Source: Diadema antillarum
Taxonomy: Eukaryota
Reading direction: 5' to 3'
Assembly: GCF_040938485.1 (NCBI RefSeq)
Contig: NW_027270955.1
Coordinates: 868,001-932,000 of the forward strand
DNA length: 64,000 nt
The notes beneath the pieces were generated by a model that saw only the letters and a list, made by a program, of their open reading frames with translations, was not told the origin of the DNA and searched no databases. Of this stretch, positions 13,185-25,725 are shown piece by piece (position 1 is the stretch's first letter; every line of letters starts with the position of its first letter). A program made the translations under genes and the position numbers.

Positions 13185-13333
13185 GTTCACACAGAGACCT
13201 CCCTTGTTCACATGGAGAGCTCCCTTGTTCACACAGAGATCTCCCTTTTTCACATGGAGATCTCCCTCATTCATGTGGAAATCTCCCTTGTTCATCTGGA
13301 GATCTCCCTTGTTCACGTGGAGATCTCCCTCCT
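13185..13333. repeat. 21-bp minisatellite, about 7 units, overlapping the JHY stop codon
   Basis: Unit (GA)GATCTCCCTTGTTCACATG(GA) repeated directly. Confidence 0.95.
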
Positions 13334-13615
13334 GAGGCGGTCCAGCTCCTCCTTCTCTTGCCGATGCCGTTCCGTGAGGTCCTGGAGCCTCGCCATCTCT
13401 TCAGCCATGTTCTCCGCATGTCGAGCAGCGTTCTCAGCCGAGGCTGACCGGCCTGACTGGGTGCTGGGGCCCCCATAGCTCTGCCGTGAGCCCTGCGAGT
13501 TCCGCGAGCCCTGCGAGTTCCGTGAGTTTGATCCACTCCCGTACAGGCGGTCGTGGAGGATTTCAGGCGGGGTTGGGATGCGGGGCTTGGGGACGTGCTT
13601 AGCATATTCCAGTGC
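13313..13615 (-). CDS. JHY: JHY last coding exon (ALEYAKHVPKPRIP...RLQDLTERHRQEKEELDRLRREIST*)
   Basis: TGCAG acceptor at 13616-13617, phase 0. ALEYAK-VPKP and L--RH--EK match the JHY C-terminus (KALEYAKTIPKP, LQNRHEREK). Candidate AATAAA on the minus strand at 12868-12873. Confidence 0.9.
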   Translation of the reverse strand, partial: ALEYAKHVPKPRIPTPPEILHDRLYGSGSNSRNSQGSRNSQGSRQSYGGPSTQSGRSASAENAARHAENMAEEMARLQDLTERHRQEKEELDRLRREIST

Positions 13616-15835
13616 CTGCATATCAACAGAAAATGCAATGGGATATAAAGACGGTTTATTCATAACTCAGAACTAGCAACAGCCATGCACATAATGCTGT
13701 GTGTAAATGTCAATATCATAATCACGAGATTTTAGGAGATAAAATGCAAAAACTTGATATTTTGATGCCAAAATGAAAGTTGCTGTACACACAATTTTTT
13801 AACGGAGGACATCTCCAGATCTTCCCATCATCCCAAACAAGAAAACAAGGTAGCTATGTACAAGACAGTGGCCAAAAGGAGTAATCCTGGAAGGGAGTAA
13901 TCCTGGCAGGGAGCATTGTTTCTTTTTAACTGAATATAGAATGGGAGAAATGATATTGGGTTAAAGATAAAAAGCATGGAGTTCTGGCTTTCATTGTGTG
14001 AGCACANNNNNNNNNNNNNNNNNNNNNNNNNNNNNNNNNNNNNNNNNNNNNNNNNNNNNNNNNNNNNNNNNNNNNNNNNNNNNNNNNNNNNNNNNNNNNN
14101 NNNNNNNNNNNNNNNNNNNNNNNNNNNNNNNNNNNNNNNNNNNNNNNNNNNNNNNNNNNNNNNNNNNNNNNNNNNNNNNNNNNNNNNNNNNNNNNNNNNN
14201 NNNNNNNNNNNNNNNNNNNNNNNNNNNNNNNNAAATACAAATAAAGGTAATCGTAACAATTCTACTTTATCACTATTATCATGTGTTGTGCAGAGTTAGA
14301 AGAGCTTGTGAGGATTTTAATGTGCCACTGACTGCAAAACTGAAACAGTGAAATCACTCATTGTGCAATGGACACTGCCCTCCGCATCTGCCATAGATTA
14401 TAGCTTGACACCTGAAGACAGTAAACTTGGAATAAAGCAAACCTTTTGTACCAGAAATGTAAAAATTAGTTTTCATTTTTCCCTCTCTATTTATGTAACC
14501 TAATTTCTTTTCTTTTTTGAAAGTCAGACATCTGTGCAAGAATTAAATTTGGCAGATTGCTATTGTCGGTATAAGTGTTTAATGGCTCCGATTGCAGAAA
14601 TCTGTCTATTAAGAACTGCCCCGCACATGTTTGTCAACAACTATATTTTGGCTATGAAAAAGAGAAAAGACAAAGAACTATCAGCACTGCAGTTCAATCT
14701 CTGCAGTGTCAGCATTTATGCCTATAAAACATTTAAAAGCAACAAGTTGAGCATACAATGCTTGTAGAGCACTGCACTGTGAGTACTTGTGAGTGTGATC
14801 ATGTCAAGTGCATTGATGCATTTAATGTGAATGAGTCATGCTCCTTGCACGGTCTGCTGTTACAGATTGCTTTAAAAAAAAAAAAAAGAAAGCCTGGAGT
14901 CAAATATCCTTTCATTCTCTGTATCTCTAACAACAATACCTGTAATCAGTGATACTCATACAAATGTGGGGTAGACCATAATTCACAAAGGTACGTACTA
15001 CATGTAGTGTAGATTTCACCCACAGATAATGCAAATTTTGAGTACGAGTAAATGCTCACTGCTCACTGATTTATGGATTTATGAAAGATTTACTCTACTT
15101 TAATCTGGAGTGCCTCCCCATCCCCTCCCCCCCCCCAAAAAAAAAAAGAGGCAGAAAAACACAGTTACTAGTATTTCAATGCAAACAAGTCCTACTGAGG
15201 TAGAATACTTTTACAGGATAAAACAACTCCATGAGAAGACAGGTCGCTATTCTAGTGTATACTGATCTTCATTCTTGAAATGACCAATGTTTTACTTATA
15301 TGTTTCAATCTCTGGAAAAAATAAATTTCTTGATCTTTACACCACCAATGCAAACAGAGGGTCCTAGTGCCTTGTAGATGTAATTTCGAGACTTGTGCCT
15401 TTGCTATGTATTCTGGTGAATAGGTGCAATGAAAGGGGGGAGGGGATCAGAACAGGTATAAGACTGCTGATTATTACCAATGCCTGTGCAAAGCAAAAGC
15501 AACACACTATGGGTGGACAGTAATAATATGTATGATGATGATAATAACATTTTAAATGTAATATAATGATAAAAACAGTTCTGCAATTACAGGTCATGAG
15601 AGATGTGAAATAGCACAAGACCAGTTGGTTCACAAAATGAACAAGAACAGAAGAACTGATATTAGTTGATATTAGGGGCACATTATTTGTCACTGCAAGA
15701 AAAACCCAGCACTGCCTGTTTTCCCCTATTAAAATCAGAGTGATTAAATTTCAAATATGCAATCAATCTCTTAGTGTGCACATTAGGGGATTATTATAGG
15801 GGGCAAAGACCAAACCCACGTCAAGATGGACTAAC

Positions 15836-15925
15836 CATGGTGCGCGAGTCTTTCGGGAAGTCATCGTCGGGATTCCGATTTTCTGAAATCCTAGGGAGGG
15901 GGACGGTGTCGGCGTATGCCAACAT
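15836..15925 (-). CDS. JHY: JHY probable cassette exon (MLAYADTVPLPRISENRNPDDDFPKDSRTM)
   Basis: AAG acceptor at 15926-15927, donor ATG|GTTAGT; 90 nt, phase 0->0. The peptide repeats the ALEYAKHVPKPRI motif of the next exon. Confidence 0.65.
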
Positions 15926-18694
15926 CTTTGGGAGGTACATTGCCCACAATGTTTTGTGATTTGGGGACAGACGATTGTAACCAGGAGAAAAAGCCAGGGA
16001 AGTCGTAGTATGGGAGAGAAAGAGATCAAAAAGAAAAATGCATTCATGACTGAATGATCTACACATCCTTGAAAGAGCAGGATATTTGAGCTTGATCAAT
16101 GCGTGGAAGAGAGAAATGTAACTGAAAGAAACAATACTTTTGCTTCATATTTGACTACTCAAATCAGCACTGGACCAAGTTTGCTTTATTAGACAAAGAC
16201 ATGGCTTACTGGTGTACTGTATTACATCATGCATGATCCTTGCACAGTCCCTGATGACTGAGCAAAAAAAATATTCTTCTTTTTAACAACCTAACCTTCC
16301 CTCATGATTTAGTTTTTGATTCAGTTTCTTCACTCACACGCTCTGTTCATTGTAGGAGGGTTAGTCCACTTGAATTTCGTGGGAAAAGACAATTGGTGAT
16401 TGTTAGAGTGCTATTAAAATACACATGTATGCAGGAGGGAAAAAAAATCATTACTGCATGTCAACATCATTCAAAGAGTATTATGGGAAAAATAAACAAG
16501 GAAATGTAAAAGGAAAAAAACCTGCACTCTCACCAATTGTTTTGTTTTTGTCTACTTGTGAAAAGTCTGCTGGTCATGTCATCTAAATGACCCCAAGGGG
16601 AATGAGTTGCTCTGAGAGCATGGTAGTGGGAAGAAAAGACAGCTTACTGAAGGTAACGGCAACATTGATGGTGGAAAATATGTGTGTGTGCCCAAAAGTT
16701 TAAATAGAGGTGTGATCCGCACATCAGAGAAAGCAGTACAGCACCTTTGAAATGCACCGATCACACCTTTAACTTTCAGACACAATAAGGGGTTCACAGC
16801 TCCATTTTGTGCATTAGCAGAAAAAGGTCATATGTACAATCACGCACATGTGGTTCTCAGAATCACCAAGATATTTAGCATTTATAAGTGACGTAATGAT
16901 TATTCATATGATCCTTCTAAAAGTGAAGCTTAAGAGCACATCTACCCGACAGCAAGCCTGGTATTTTGTAATGTTCATGAAAAAGTTTAAACGTGCATCC
17001 AACAAAAAGCAATGAAATGAATGCCTGCCGAATTGTCAATTGACAGACCATTCTGGTCACCTGGTCTGCACGCAATTCATTCTTTCTTTGAACATGAATT
17101 CCACAAATTGTTATGTCAGGCAAGCTAAATGTATAATGACGCTTTAAAAACAAGCAAAGTGCCCACACAACTGAGAAGTAAAAGGTCATTTGTACCAATG
17201 TGCAAATAGGGATGAGCTAACTGTGAACTAGCTTATAGATAAGACGAAAGGTCCCTTTACACCTGTTGAAACATATAAAGACTACACAATGTACAAATGT
17301 TGCATGTCCACCAACAGTGCATTGACAGTGAATGCAGACATGAAAGTATACAGTGATTTCTGGGGTCAATTTGAGGTGAATTCTGACAAATGGACAGGCC
17401 TATAGATATATGCCATCAACGGTGTTTACAACTCTAACATGAAACGAGTGATGGCAGTATCTTTAGGTTCAAAACACCAATACAGAAACCCAATTATGAA
17501 ATGTAAAATTTGCGGGAAAGAAGACTGCCAATGGGGTAACACACTGGGGTAATAAGGTGAGTTTTACTGCCTGAAAGAGATTTGACAGGATTTGATACAG
17601 AGGTGCCACATGCAGATTCAAAAGCCTATGTACTGCAAATCACGAGCACAGGCCAACCTTTCACAGCAATCAAAAAAAGTGTTTTTATGGTCTTCAACTT
17701 TCTGATTGAAGACCAATGTCTTTTAGAAAGTATGTAAATTTGTTTCAAAATGGGCACCAAGTATAGCAGGAGAGCTGGTTATTGATTATTGCATCATGCA
17801 CTCATTTACATGCAGATGCTTCAATGTAGTTGTAGTACTAATGGGCAACCTGGATTTAGCACAATGCCAAAGGATCTCAGCTCAACACTCTCAGCATCAA
17901 TTTTCAAAGAGAATCCGATCTCATGCTTTTATGTTCTTTTTGAGCTCATCATTGTAACAATTGTACTATGTTACACACATTTTCATCAGTGTCATACTGG
18001 AAATTATGATTACGTATCATCACTATCATAATTTTCCCTGTTGTAATCATTGAAAGCCTGAGCAACTGGTTCAGCATAATGGAATATTAAAATAACCTGC
18101 CCATTTTTGTAAGATCATACACTAAAATACCAACCATCTCCAATGTGACAAGGTATTGATACTTGAAGAGTGTTGCACCTGCTATAAACTGTGTTTCTTT
18201 GCCAGTGAGGCAATTCCTTTGCAGGGTATCACATTGGCCACATACTTAAAACACAGCATTCTATTCTATCCCACACATTGTGCGATTCATTAACTGCTAA
18301 TCCTTCCAAGCTTGACATTCCTAGCTGTTTTCACTGACTTTGCCCACTGCTTCAGAACAAAGACTGCACTAAGAATTTATTTTTGGGGGGTCTTTTAAGA
18401 ATGATTTACGTGAGAAGATTAAAAATAAAAGATTACCCTTCTTGAACCTTTGCCATCAACATGAAATGCAAGAACAACTTTTTCTTTACGTACTGTAAAT
18501 ACCACAGTATGTCAATTTTAGCCATTTCCCAGGAAAACCTGGCTTTGTAGGAGAGCAATCACCTCACTGTTTCTTCAAACTGCCACCATAAGCTAAACAA
18601 ACAAAGTGGACCTACACTGTATCTCCCACTGTCCAGATAATATTTGTATTAAGATCATGGAAGGTTCGATGCTTCCAGCTGGGCTTCAACTCAC

Positions 18695-18835
18695 CAGGTC
18701 TCGCTTGGATGGCTCTGCATTGGAGCTATCCTTGTCGGACGGGGACCTGCTGGTGTTGGGATTGTGCTGAAAGACTTTCTTGTTCTGCTGCATGACCAGT
18801 TTGGCGTACTCCCGCTGCCTGGCTGCCTTGTCTTG
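18695..18835 (-). CDS. JHY: JHY coding exon 3 (QDKAARQREYAKLVMQQNKK...SKRDL)
   Basis: Polypyrimidine tract plus TTGCAG acceptor, donor CTG|GTGAGT; 141 nt, phase 0->0. QREYAK-V---N parallels the JHY motif QKEYAKQVKEYN. Confidence 0.88.
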
Positions 18836-18876
18836 CTGCAATGGGGAAGGAGACAAGTGGGGAAGAAAGAATGATT

Positions 18877-19958
18877 AACTAGATATATCGCTACGGCTAC
18901 TGATATGCCTCCGCCATAATGCATGGTTCTCCTAATAGGTCTATAGTACAATGTCTTGACAATGTGTGATGACAGTTTCACACAATTGGCAAAATATTAA
19001 AATGACAGGTTTGACACAAATGTGCTGAATGTTCACTTTCCTAGAACTAGGTTCAATTGGATGAATGATTAAAATGTCAGAGTGCAGGTATTTGGGGAAC
19101 TGATGATTTTTACTTGACTTTTGACCCTTTTATAAGTCTATGCATTGAGTAATTTTGAAGGTATTGAGAAAAAGTATAATTTCAGTATCAAATGGGAAAA
19201 TAGCATTATCTAAACCTGGCCTTTGACCTTTGACCTCACAGTTCCAAAGAGAATCACTGTTAGGTTGAACATGCATAAATATGTAAGTTTCATGATGATA
19301 ACTTGAGTTACTTTCAAGATATGGAGGAAAAAGTGCAATTTAGCACTTCCACTTGACCTTTTACCTTTTGACCTTTGACCTTTTGGCAAGAAACTTCCCC
19401 CAAAATATATATTGGGTAATACATGCCATACATCAAGTTAAAAAAAAAAAAAAAAAAAAAAACCTTCAGGCATATTGCATTTTAAGGAAAGTGGTGATAT
19501 TTTGAGGAGCTGACCTTGACCTTTGACCCCCTGACCTTTGACCCATGACCCCCAACTTCCTTAGATAATCACTGCCCATCGGTACAAGCATATATACTAT
19601 AAAGTTCCATGAAGATACCTTGAACCATTTGTAAGATATGGAGAAAAACATGAAATTTCAGTTTTTTTTTCACAAAATAACCTGTGACCTTTGACCTTTG
19701 ACCCTGTGACCCTAAAATCCACACAAAGTATTATCCCCTAAGGATATACCCTCATACCAAGTTTGACGTAAAACCACCACATGGTTCTTGAGATATCGAC
19801 AAAAACAAAACGGGACGGACGGACGTACGGACGGACGTACGGACGGACGTACGGACGTACGGACGTACGTACGGACGGACGGACGGACGGACGGACGGAC
19901 GGACGGACGACCCGAAAACATAATGCCTCCGGCCACTTCGTTGCGGAGGCATAAAAAG
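18877..19958 (+). mobile_element. Helentron-type (DINE-1/HINE-like) non-autonomous rolling-circle element in a JHY intron
   Basis: 5' AACTAGA...ATGCCTCCGCC (18905-18915); internal TGACCTTTGACC repeats; (GGAC/GTAC)n microsatellite at 19813-19908; 3' stem-loop ATGCCTCCG...CGGAGGCAT (19923-19952) followed by an A run. Confidence 0.8.
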
Positions 19959-20010
19959 ATGCCAAATGATGTGTAGGCGTTGACAGAACGGATCAGCAAG
20001 AGCATGCTTA

Positions 20011-20361
20011 AGCCCGCCGCACACTACACGATTTTGCCCCGATTCACTGGCCTTAAGACCTTAACACTAGCAGTGTGATGTCACAGTCTTACCATTTTCC
20101 AGTCGTACGACTGCGTCTTAGCACTAGTCATAGAAATTTGACATGTTGAATTTCTAAGACCGGTCGTGGGCTTTCAGCCAATCAAGATACAGTAAAATGG
20201 AAGCGCACGCAGTGCGCACTGCGCACGCTTTACAGTCATAAGCCTACTCGTAAGGTTCGATCGTATAGTGTGCGGTGTCCGGTCATACGACTGGTCTTAA
20301 GACCCAGCTTGGCTTTAATAAGACTTTAAGACCAGTCTGATCGTGTAGTGTGCGGTGGCCT
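20011..20361. mobile_element. PIF/Harbinger-like MITE
   Basis: TIR AGCCCGCCGCACACTACACGAT / ATCGTGTAGTGTGCGGTGGCCT with TTA on both flanks (20008-20010, 20362-20364). Confidence 0.8.
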
Positions 20362-21014
20362 TTAGGCTCATGGTTCAACTCTTTTAAGTCCCGTGGGTAA
20401 CCTTCTTGTAATTGATATCACTAAGATTTGAGGTTGGAGGTCTAGAGGGGAGTAAGCAGGACGTGCTGTTGTGCATTTATTACAAAAAATCGCAGCTGGT
20501 ATATTGAATCCCTTTACCGTACCCCTCTGTCCACTAGGACTTGAAAAGTGAATAATTCATATTTATGACAAGTACACAAAGTCATAGATTTCAAATTCAA
20601 AGTAAACTTCATACGCATCCTGTAGTAGCCAGCCACCATCATCACTAGACAAACCAGATCAAAACTGGATGGTGACGATGATTAGATACCATCATCCATC
20701 CATACAGCATCATTGGTTGACTTCAAAGCATCTTCTACATCCTCCTTAAACATCCAGTGTGCATGAGTAACCCAATTCAGTACACTGCATACTGATACTA
20801 TATTATGCTGCTTCCTGCCCTGTTGTATAGCGTAGAGCCTCACTGTCTTTATGAACGTTACATCGGTCACTCGCACCCTTACCTGTGAGGCTGGATTGCT
20901 AACGAACATTAAAAAAAAAAAAACATATCTCACAACTGCACATTCATACATTTAAGTGAAATCAAGGTGACAGAAATCTGAGCAAGAACAGGGTGGGGGG
21001 GGGGCCATCCTTAC

Positions 21015-21184
21015 CTTTACACTGATGGAGTCCTTATCTGGTCCAAGCCCTCCCAGCTTGAAATCCTTTTTGAGGTTTTGAAAGTCTTTTAGAGTGTAGG
21101 GTCGGTACTGGGGACCTTGCTTCTGCTTCTGAAGTCGCATCACGTATCCATCAGGGTCACTTGTCCTCAATTCAGAATCCTCCC
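21015..21184 (-). CDS. JHY: JHY coding exon 2 (GEDSELRTSDPDGYVMRLQKQKQGPQYRPYTLKDFQNLKKDFKLGGLGPDKDSISVK)
   Basis: AG acceptor 21185-21186, donor AAG|GTAAGG; 170 nt, phase 1->0. The K-LGGLGPD motif matches the vertebrate JHY C-terminal domain as I recall it (KRDVKLGGLGPD). Confidence 0.9.
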
Positions 21185-21395
21185 CTGCAAATCACATCAG
21201 AGATAACAGTGCGTCAAAGGATAATGGATTTTAACCTAGGATTTCTTTCCTGGGCTTGTGTGTGGAATAAATAGTATAGAAAATATAATAGAGATCATGG
21301 TATATTTAAGCCCATCATCTATACTTCACAAAGATTTACTCATAATGTACAGAATCAATCATTTTAGAGAAATTACACAAAGGCCCATTACTTAC

Positions 21396-24300
21396 CACTC
21401 ATTCGACCCGATATGTCAGGCAGAACTTGGTATGGACTGGTCCGCTTGGGCATCGGGTGAGTGTAGGCCATTCTCTCCCTTGGGCTCTGATCAAAGCTTT
21501 GCATGGGACCCGGGTATGGCTGACCTCCAAAGGCCCCTTGCTCTGCATGCTGCATGCCGTTCATCCGAGCATAGGTGTTGGCCCGGTCTGCTGACCAGCT
21601 GTATGGCTGTCCATTGCTGTAATGGGGCATGGCGTCCTGACTGGCATGCATACCACCTTGACCAGCTACACCAGGATAGTTCCCTGGAACTGACTCATGC
21701 CGACGAGGAGGCCCCGGCATCTGGCCTGGGGCGTAGATGTTTGGGTCTGACATGCCACGTGCTAGTAAGACCATCTGCTGCTCATGGAGAACTTGCTGGG
21801 CCCAGAGATCATTTGCACGACTTGTCGCACTTCCATGAGGAGTCCACCCAGTTGAGACGGGCTGTCCTTCATCCTGAGAATTTTCCCGAGATATCTGAGG
21901 CAACGGATTCTTGTTGTTCAGAGGTGATCGGAATCCTTTCTTTTGACCGAGAGCATCTGTGTACTTCTTGGATGGCGGGTCTCGCCTGAGCTTCGCAGAT
22001 GTTTTATTGATGTCAATGAAATTAGGTCTTGGCTTTGGAGGCGGACGCCTTCCCCCACTAGGCTGTTTCTTCTCCTCTTGTTCCGGCACGTTCTCAGCAT
22101 CGTCCCCTTGAGCTGGATCAATATCATGACCGATGAATTGTCCACCCTGACTCACTTGTTCAGGTTGATAGGAGTACTGCATGCCATGTGGTGGCTGCAT
22201 TGCAGGATGTGGTGGCTCTGAATGAAATGGAGCTTGATGAAAGTGCTGGTGTGGGGCTGGATACATGCTCTGACCTGGATAATGCTGCTGTGGAGGACCA
22301 GATTGTAGGGGTATCATCTGCGGAGCCATCATCTGCGGAGCCATCATCTGTGGGGGTGTCTGCTGGTGGCTCACCATGGGATTGGCAAAGTGCGGCTGTA
22401 AAGGCGCTGCAAAGACTTGGCCGGGATGAGAGAAAGCCGGATGGCTCACTCCAGGCTGCCAGTGTGCATGCGGATTGCTGGGATAGTTGACAGGCACTGG
22501 CTGGGCAAATGCATCTCCTGGGTATTGGTATTGGCCATGCGGGTCATTTCGGGGAGACCTCATCTGGAATCCTGGACTTTGTCTTTGCAAGGGGGTCACT
22601 CTCACTTGACCAAATGGTCCATTCTCCCGCGGGCTGTGATAAGGACTTTGATACGGAAGAGTGGCTTCACTTTCACCAGTCACATGCTCATCGGAGGTCT
22701 GAATGGCAGTCTCGCGCTCAGTAGTTTGTATGGAGGCTTCTCGAACGGGACTCTTAATATTCTGTGTGTGGTTAGTGTCATCTGACGGGGTCATTTCTAT
22801 GTCTCCTGTCTGAAGGGCAGCTGACTTGACCGGTCTTTCCCGAACAGACTGCTCCCGACTTTGGGGAGGCGGCAGAGTTGTATCAAGATCGCCCTGCTGC
22901 TGAGTATTTTCCTGCATGACTTCATCTTCAATGGGAGACACTTGTCTGTCAACTAATCTCCTTCCTGAATTTTTGGAAGACGCATGTGCCGATGAGTTAG
23001 TAGATGTATACCCTGATCTAATTCGGGCACTGTACTTTGACGAGGCGGCTGAAATATCTCTTGATCGCTGCCTCCCACTTGAGGATTTCATACTTGAGCT
23101 CTGCTTTGGAGGGGATGGCTTTATTCGGTACATGATTCTCATATCGACAACATCAGGGGTCTTAGGATTATACAATGGTCTACCCAATTCATCAATAGGA
23201 CTTCCTTTCTCATCAACAAAGTGGAGATCTTCATCACCGCTGTCATCCGAGATGTACTCAACCCTCACCTTTTCCCCAGACCTGAGTTTCTCAATGTTTT
23301 TGGCTGACTTTTTACCCGAAGAACGTCCAATGTGGTGAGGAACACCTGCTTTATGCATGTCGGACCAGAACTGTTGACTAGCTTTAGTATCATCCTGTTG
23401 AACAGGCAAGGTGTGACTACTAGGATCATTATTCCTTGCAAGGAGGGCTTGTGTCGCTCCAGACCCTGCACTACTTATACGTGAGGCTTGCAGCCTCCCA
23501 CCTAGTCCTGACGGTGGCTTCCCGTCTGCCACTGGGACTTCAGCAGCACCAATTGGATCTTGCCTGTGCACATGATTTGACCCTGACAAAGTTCTTTGTG
23601 ACTTACTAGAATCTGGCTCGTTTGGAACCTGTGAGACTGTTGGGAAATTCTCTTCCCCATCGTTGCGGTTGCCCATACCTCTATTTGCATACCGCGGGAT
23701 GGTTATTTCATTGGAACCTCTGCGGCTTGTGTGACTTGAACCCCTCTGGGGAGAATCCTTTGCATTTTTTCTTATCCCTAAATCCTCCCTTCCCGCAGAA
23801 CCCCTCCTCACGCTGCTCATGTTCCTCTGCTCACCCGAGTGCTGCCTTGAGGCAGGGGATGCCTCTCTCTCTAAAGACGCCTGTCTTGACCGAGACGACA
23901 ACCCCCTTTCTCTTGAACTGTGCCTGCTGGAACCAGGATGCCGATTCTGACTAGTTCCACTCCTACTTCTGGTGCTACTTTGATGAGATCGCACAGAGTT
24001 TCCAGATGGAGGTTTATCATCGGGAGAATCAGCATTGTTATTGGCATTCAAGTAATTTGCTGACTGCTGACGATCAGAATAGCCCGCCCGACTCCTAGAA
24101 TTTAACTGTGACTGTGGTAAACTCACTGGCTGCGGAGTACTAGCTATATCTCCATCACTTCCATTCGCCTGCCCATCTCTTGTTGCTATGTACGTTTCTC
24201 GCCCTGAACGAAAGGACTTCTTGGAGGAAGGTCTGCTAGTGCTCATACTCTGTGGCTGATTTTGCAACGGCTCAGCACTCTCCTCTGCAGCAGGATCACT

Positions 24301-25725
24301 GTACATCTGTTGGTCATCTCCACCAAAATCATTGTTCAGTGTATTCTCATATTCATCACCACCTAAAGCATTATTTGCAAACTGATCACCTGGATTGGTT
24401 GGATATTCATCACTGGCTGGTTTATTTGCATCCTCATCAGCACCTAAGTTATCAGCATATTCATCGCCACCTAAATTGTTCGCATATTCATCATCACCTA
24501 AATTGTTCGCATATTCATCATCACCTAAATTGTTCGCGTATTCATCATCTCCCAAATCATTTGCATACTCATCAGCCAGAGCATCTGCGTAGTCATCTTC
24601 TGGATTTGGCTGATTGTCATCACTCTGCTGAGGGAGGGGGAAGTTACTTCCATCATTGTTTAAGTGAAAAGGCTGTGAAACACTGTCTCTTTGCTCACTT
24701 TGGTTGTCTCCAGCAGGCACCTCTTCATCTTGTTCAGCTGCATTGTCACCATAAACTGCCTGCTCCTGTTCAGAATTGTCAGGGACCTCATCTCTTGCAT
24801 CATATGTGGAGTCTTGTTCATTAGGCAATGCCCCATTTTGATCAGAAGCATCGAGACTATCGACAAGTTGAGGATCATTCTCACCTTCTGCATCACGAAA
24901 ATCATTGTTCTGAGGGTTCTCTTCTTGCAGTTCTACATTGCCTACTTCACCTTCACCATCAGGTGAATTCTGCTCTGCAACATAGTCATCTACACCTTCT
25001 TCTTCCTCCTCTCCTTCAGGATCAGCGACACCAAAGTTGTCATCACCATCTGCTTGCTGATTTGACTCATTAAGATTTTGTAACTCCGGCTCTACGTTTT
25101 CCTCTTCCAGAGAATCCCTGAGGTCATTGCCTTGTTCAGTGTCATGTGGTGGTTCTGCAGAATTTTGTATTTCTCCAGTGTCATTGTCACCATCATTTCC
25201 CTCATTCAGAAATTCTCCCGCATTGTCACCATTTGCTTCAACGGTATCATCATCCTCATTGTTCTGAACTCTCCTCTCAGCAGTATATTCTCCCTGCTCC
25301 ACATTGCTGTCATATGGCAGTTCTTCCTTTATCTCTAGTGAGTCCCTGGGTGTTTCTTCCAAGCTGTCCTTCAATAGCACACCTTCAGGCTCAATACCAA
25401 GGTCAGCAAACGATCTCTTCACACGCTCACGCAACTCCTCCTGATACCTCGTCTCCTCCACAAGGTTAGCGGGAGGATTCTGCGTGTCGCTTCCTACGGG
25501 AGAATCATCCAGCTTCCGACTCGCAGCAGAAGAGTTGTAGCTGTCGGCCGTTGCTGTCCGCAGGTTCAGGTCATCGTCAGGCATTTGAGGAGTCGCTTCT
25601 TCCTCACCGCCATTCTCCCTGCCAGCATCCTGGTTTTCTTCATCATCCATGAGGAGATGCAGGTTGTGAGCTGTGATTTTCCCCGATGCTGATGTCCTAG
25701 GCGACGGTGCATCTACATCTCCCAT
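21396..25725 (-). CDS. JHY: JHY (Jhy protein homolog) coding exon 1; very large low-complexity exon (whole exon 21396-25848 including 5'UTR)
   Basis: 1445-aa ORF. ATG at 25725 has an in-frame TGA 6 nt upstream. Acceptor TTACAG at 25849-25850; donor G|GTAAGT after 21396 (phase 1). Splices in frame to downstream exons carrying the JHY C-terminal signature. Confidence 0.85.
24425..24587 (-). repeat. 27-bp coding tandem repeat in JHY (DDEYANNLG-type nonapeptide, about 6 units)
   Basis: Directly visible in the DNA and in the translation. Confidence 0.9.

Noticed and set aside
15912-15932. 14-nt identity to miR-31 (AAGATGTTGGCATA) on the minus strand
   Set aside because: The seed region differs, I saw no precursor hairpin, and the sequence is the acceptor and first codons of the JHY cassette exon.
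19712-20024. ORFs with SVRP/TDGR repeats
   Set aside because: Translations of the (GGAC)n microsatellite inside the Helentron-type element.
21258-25469. Plus-strand and alternate-frame ORFs overlapping the big JHY exon
   Set aside because: Shadow ORFs of a long GC-richer coding exon; no independent motifs or splice structure.
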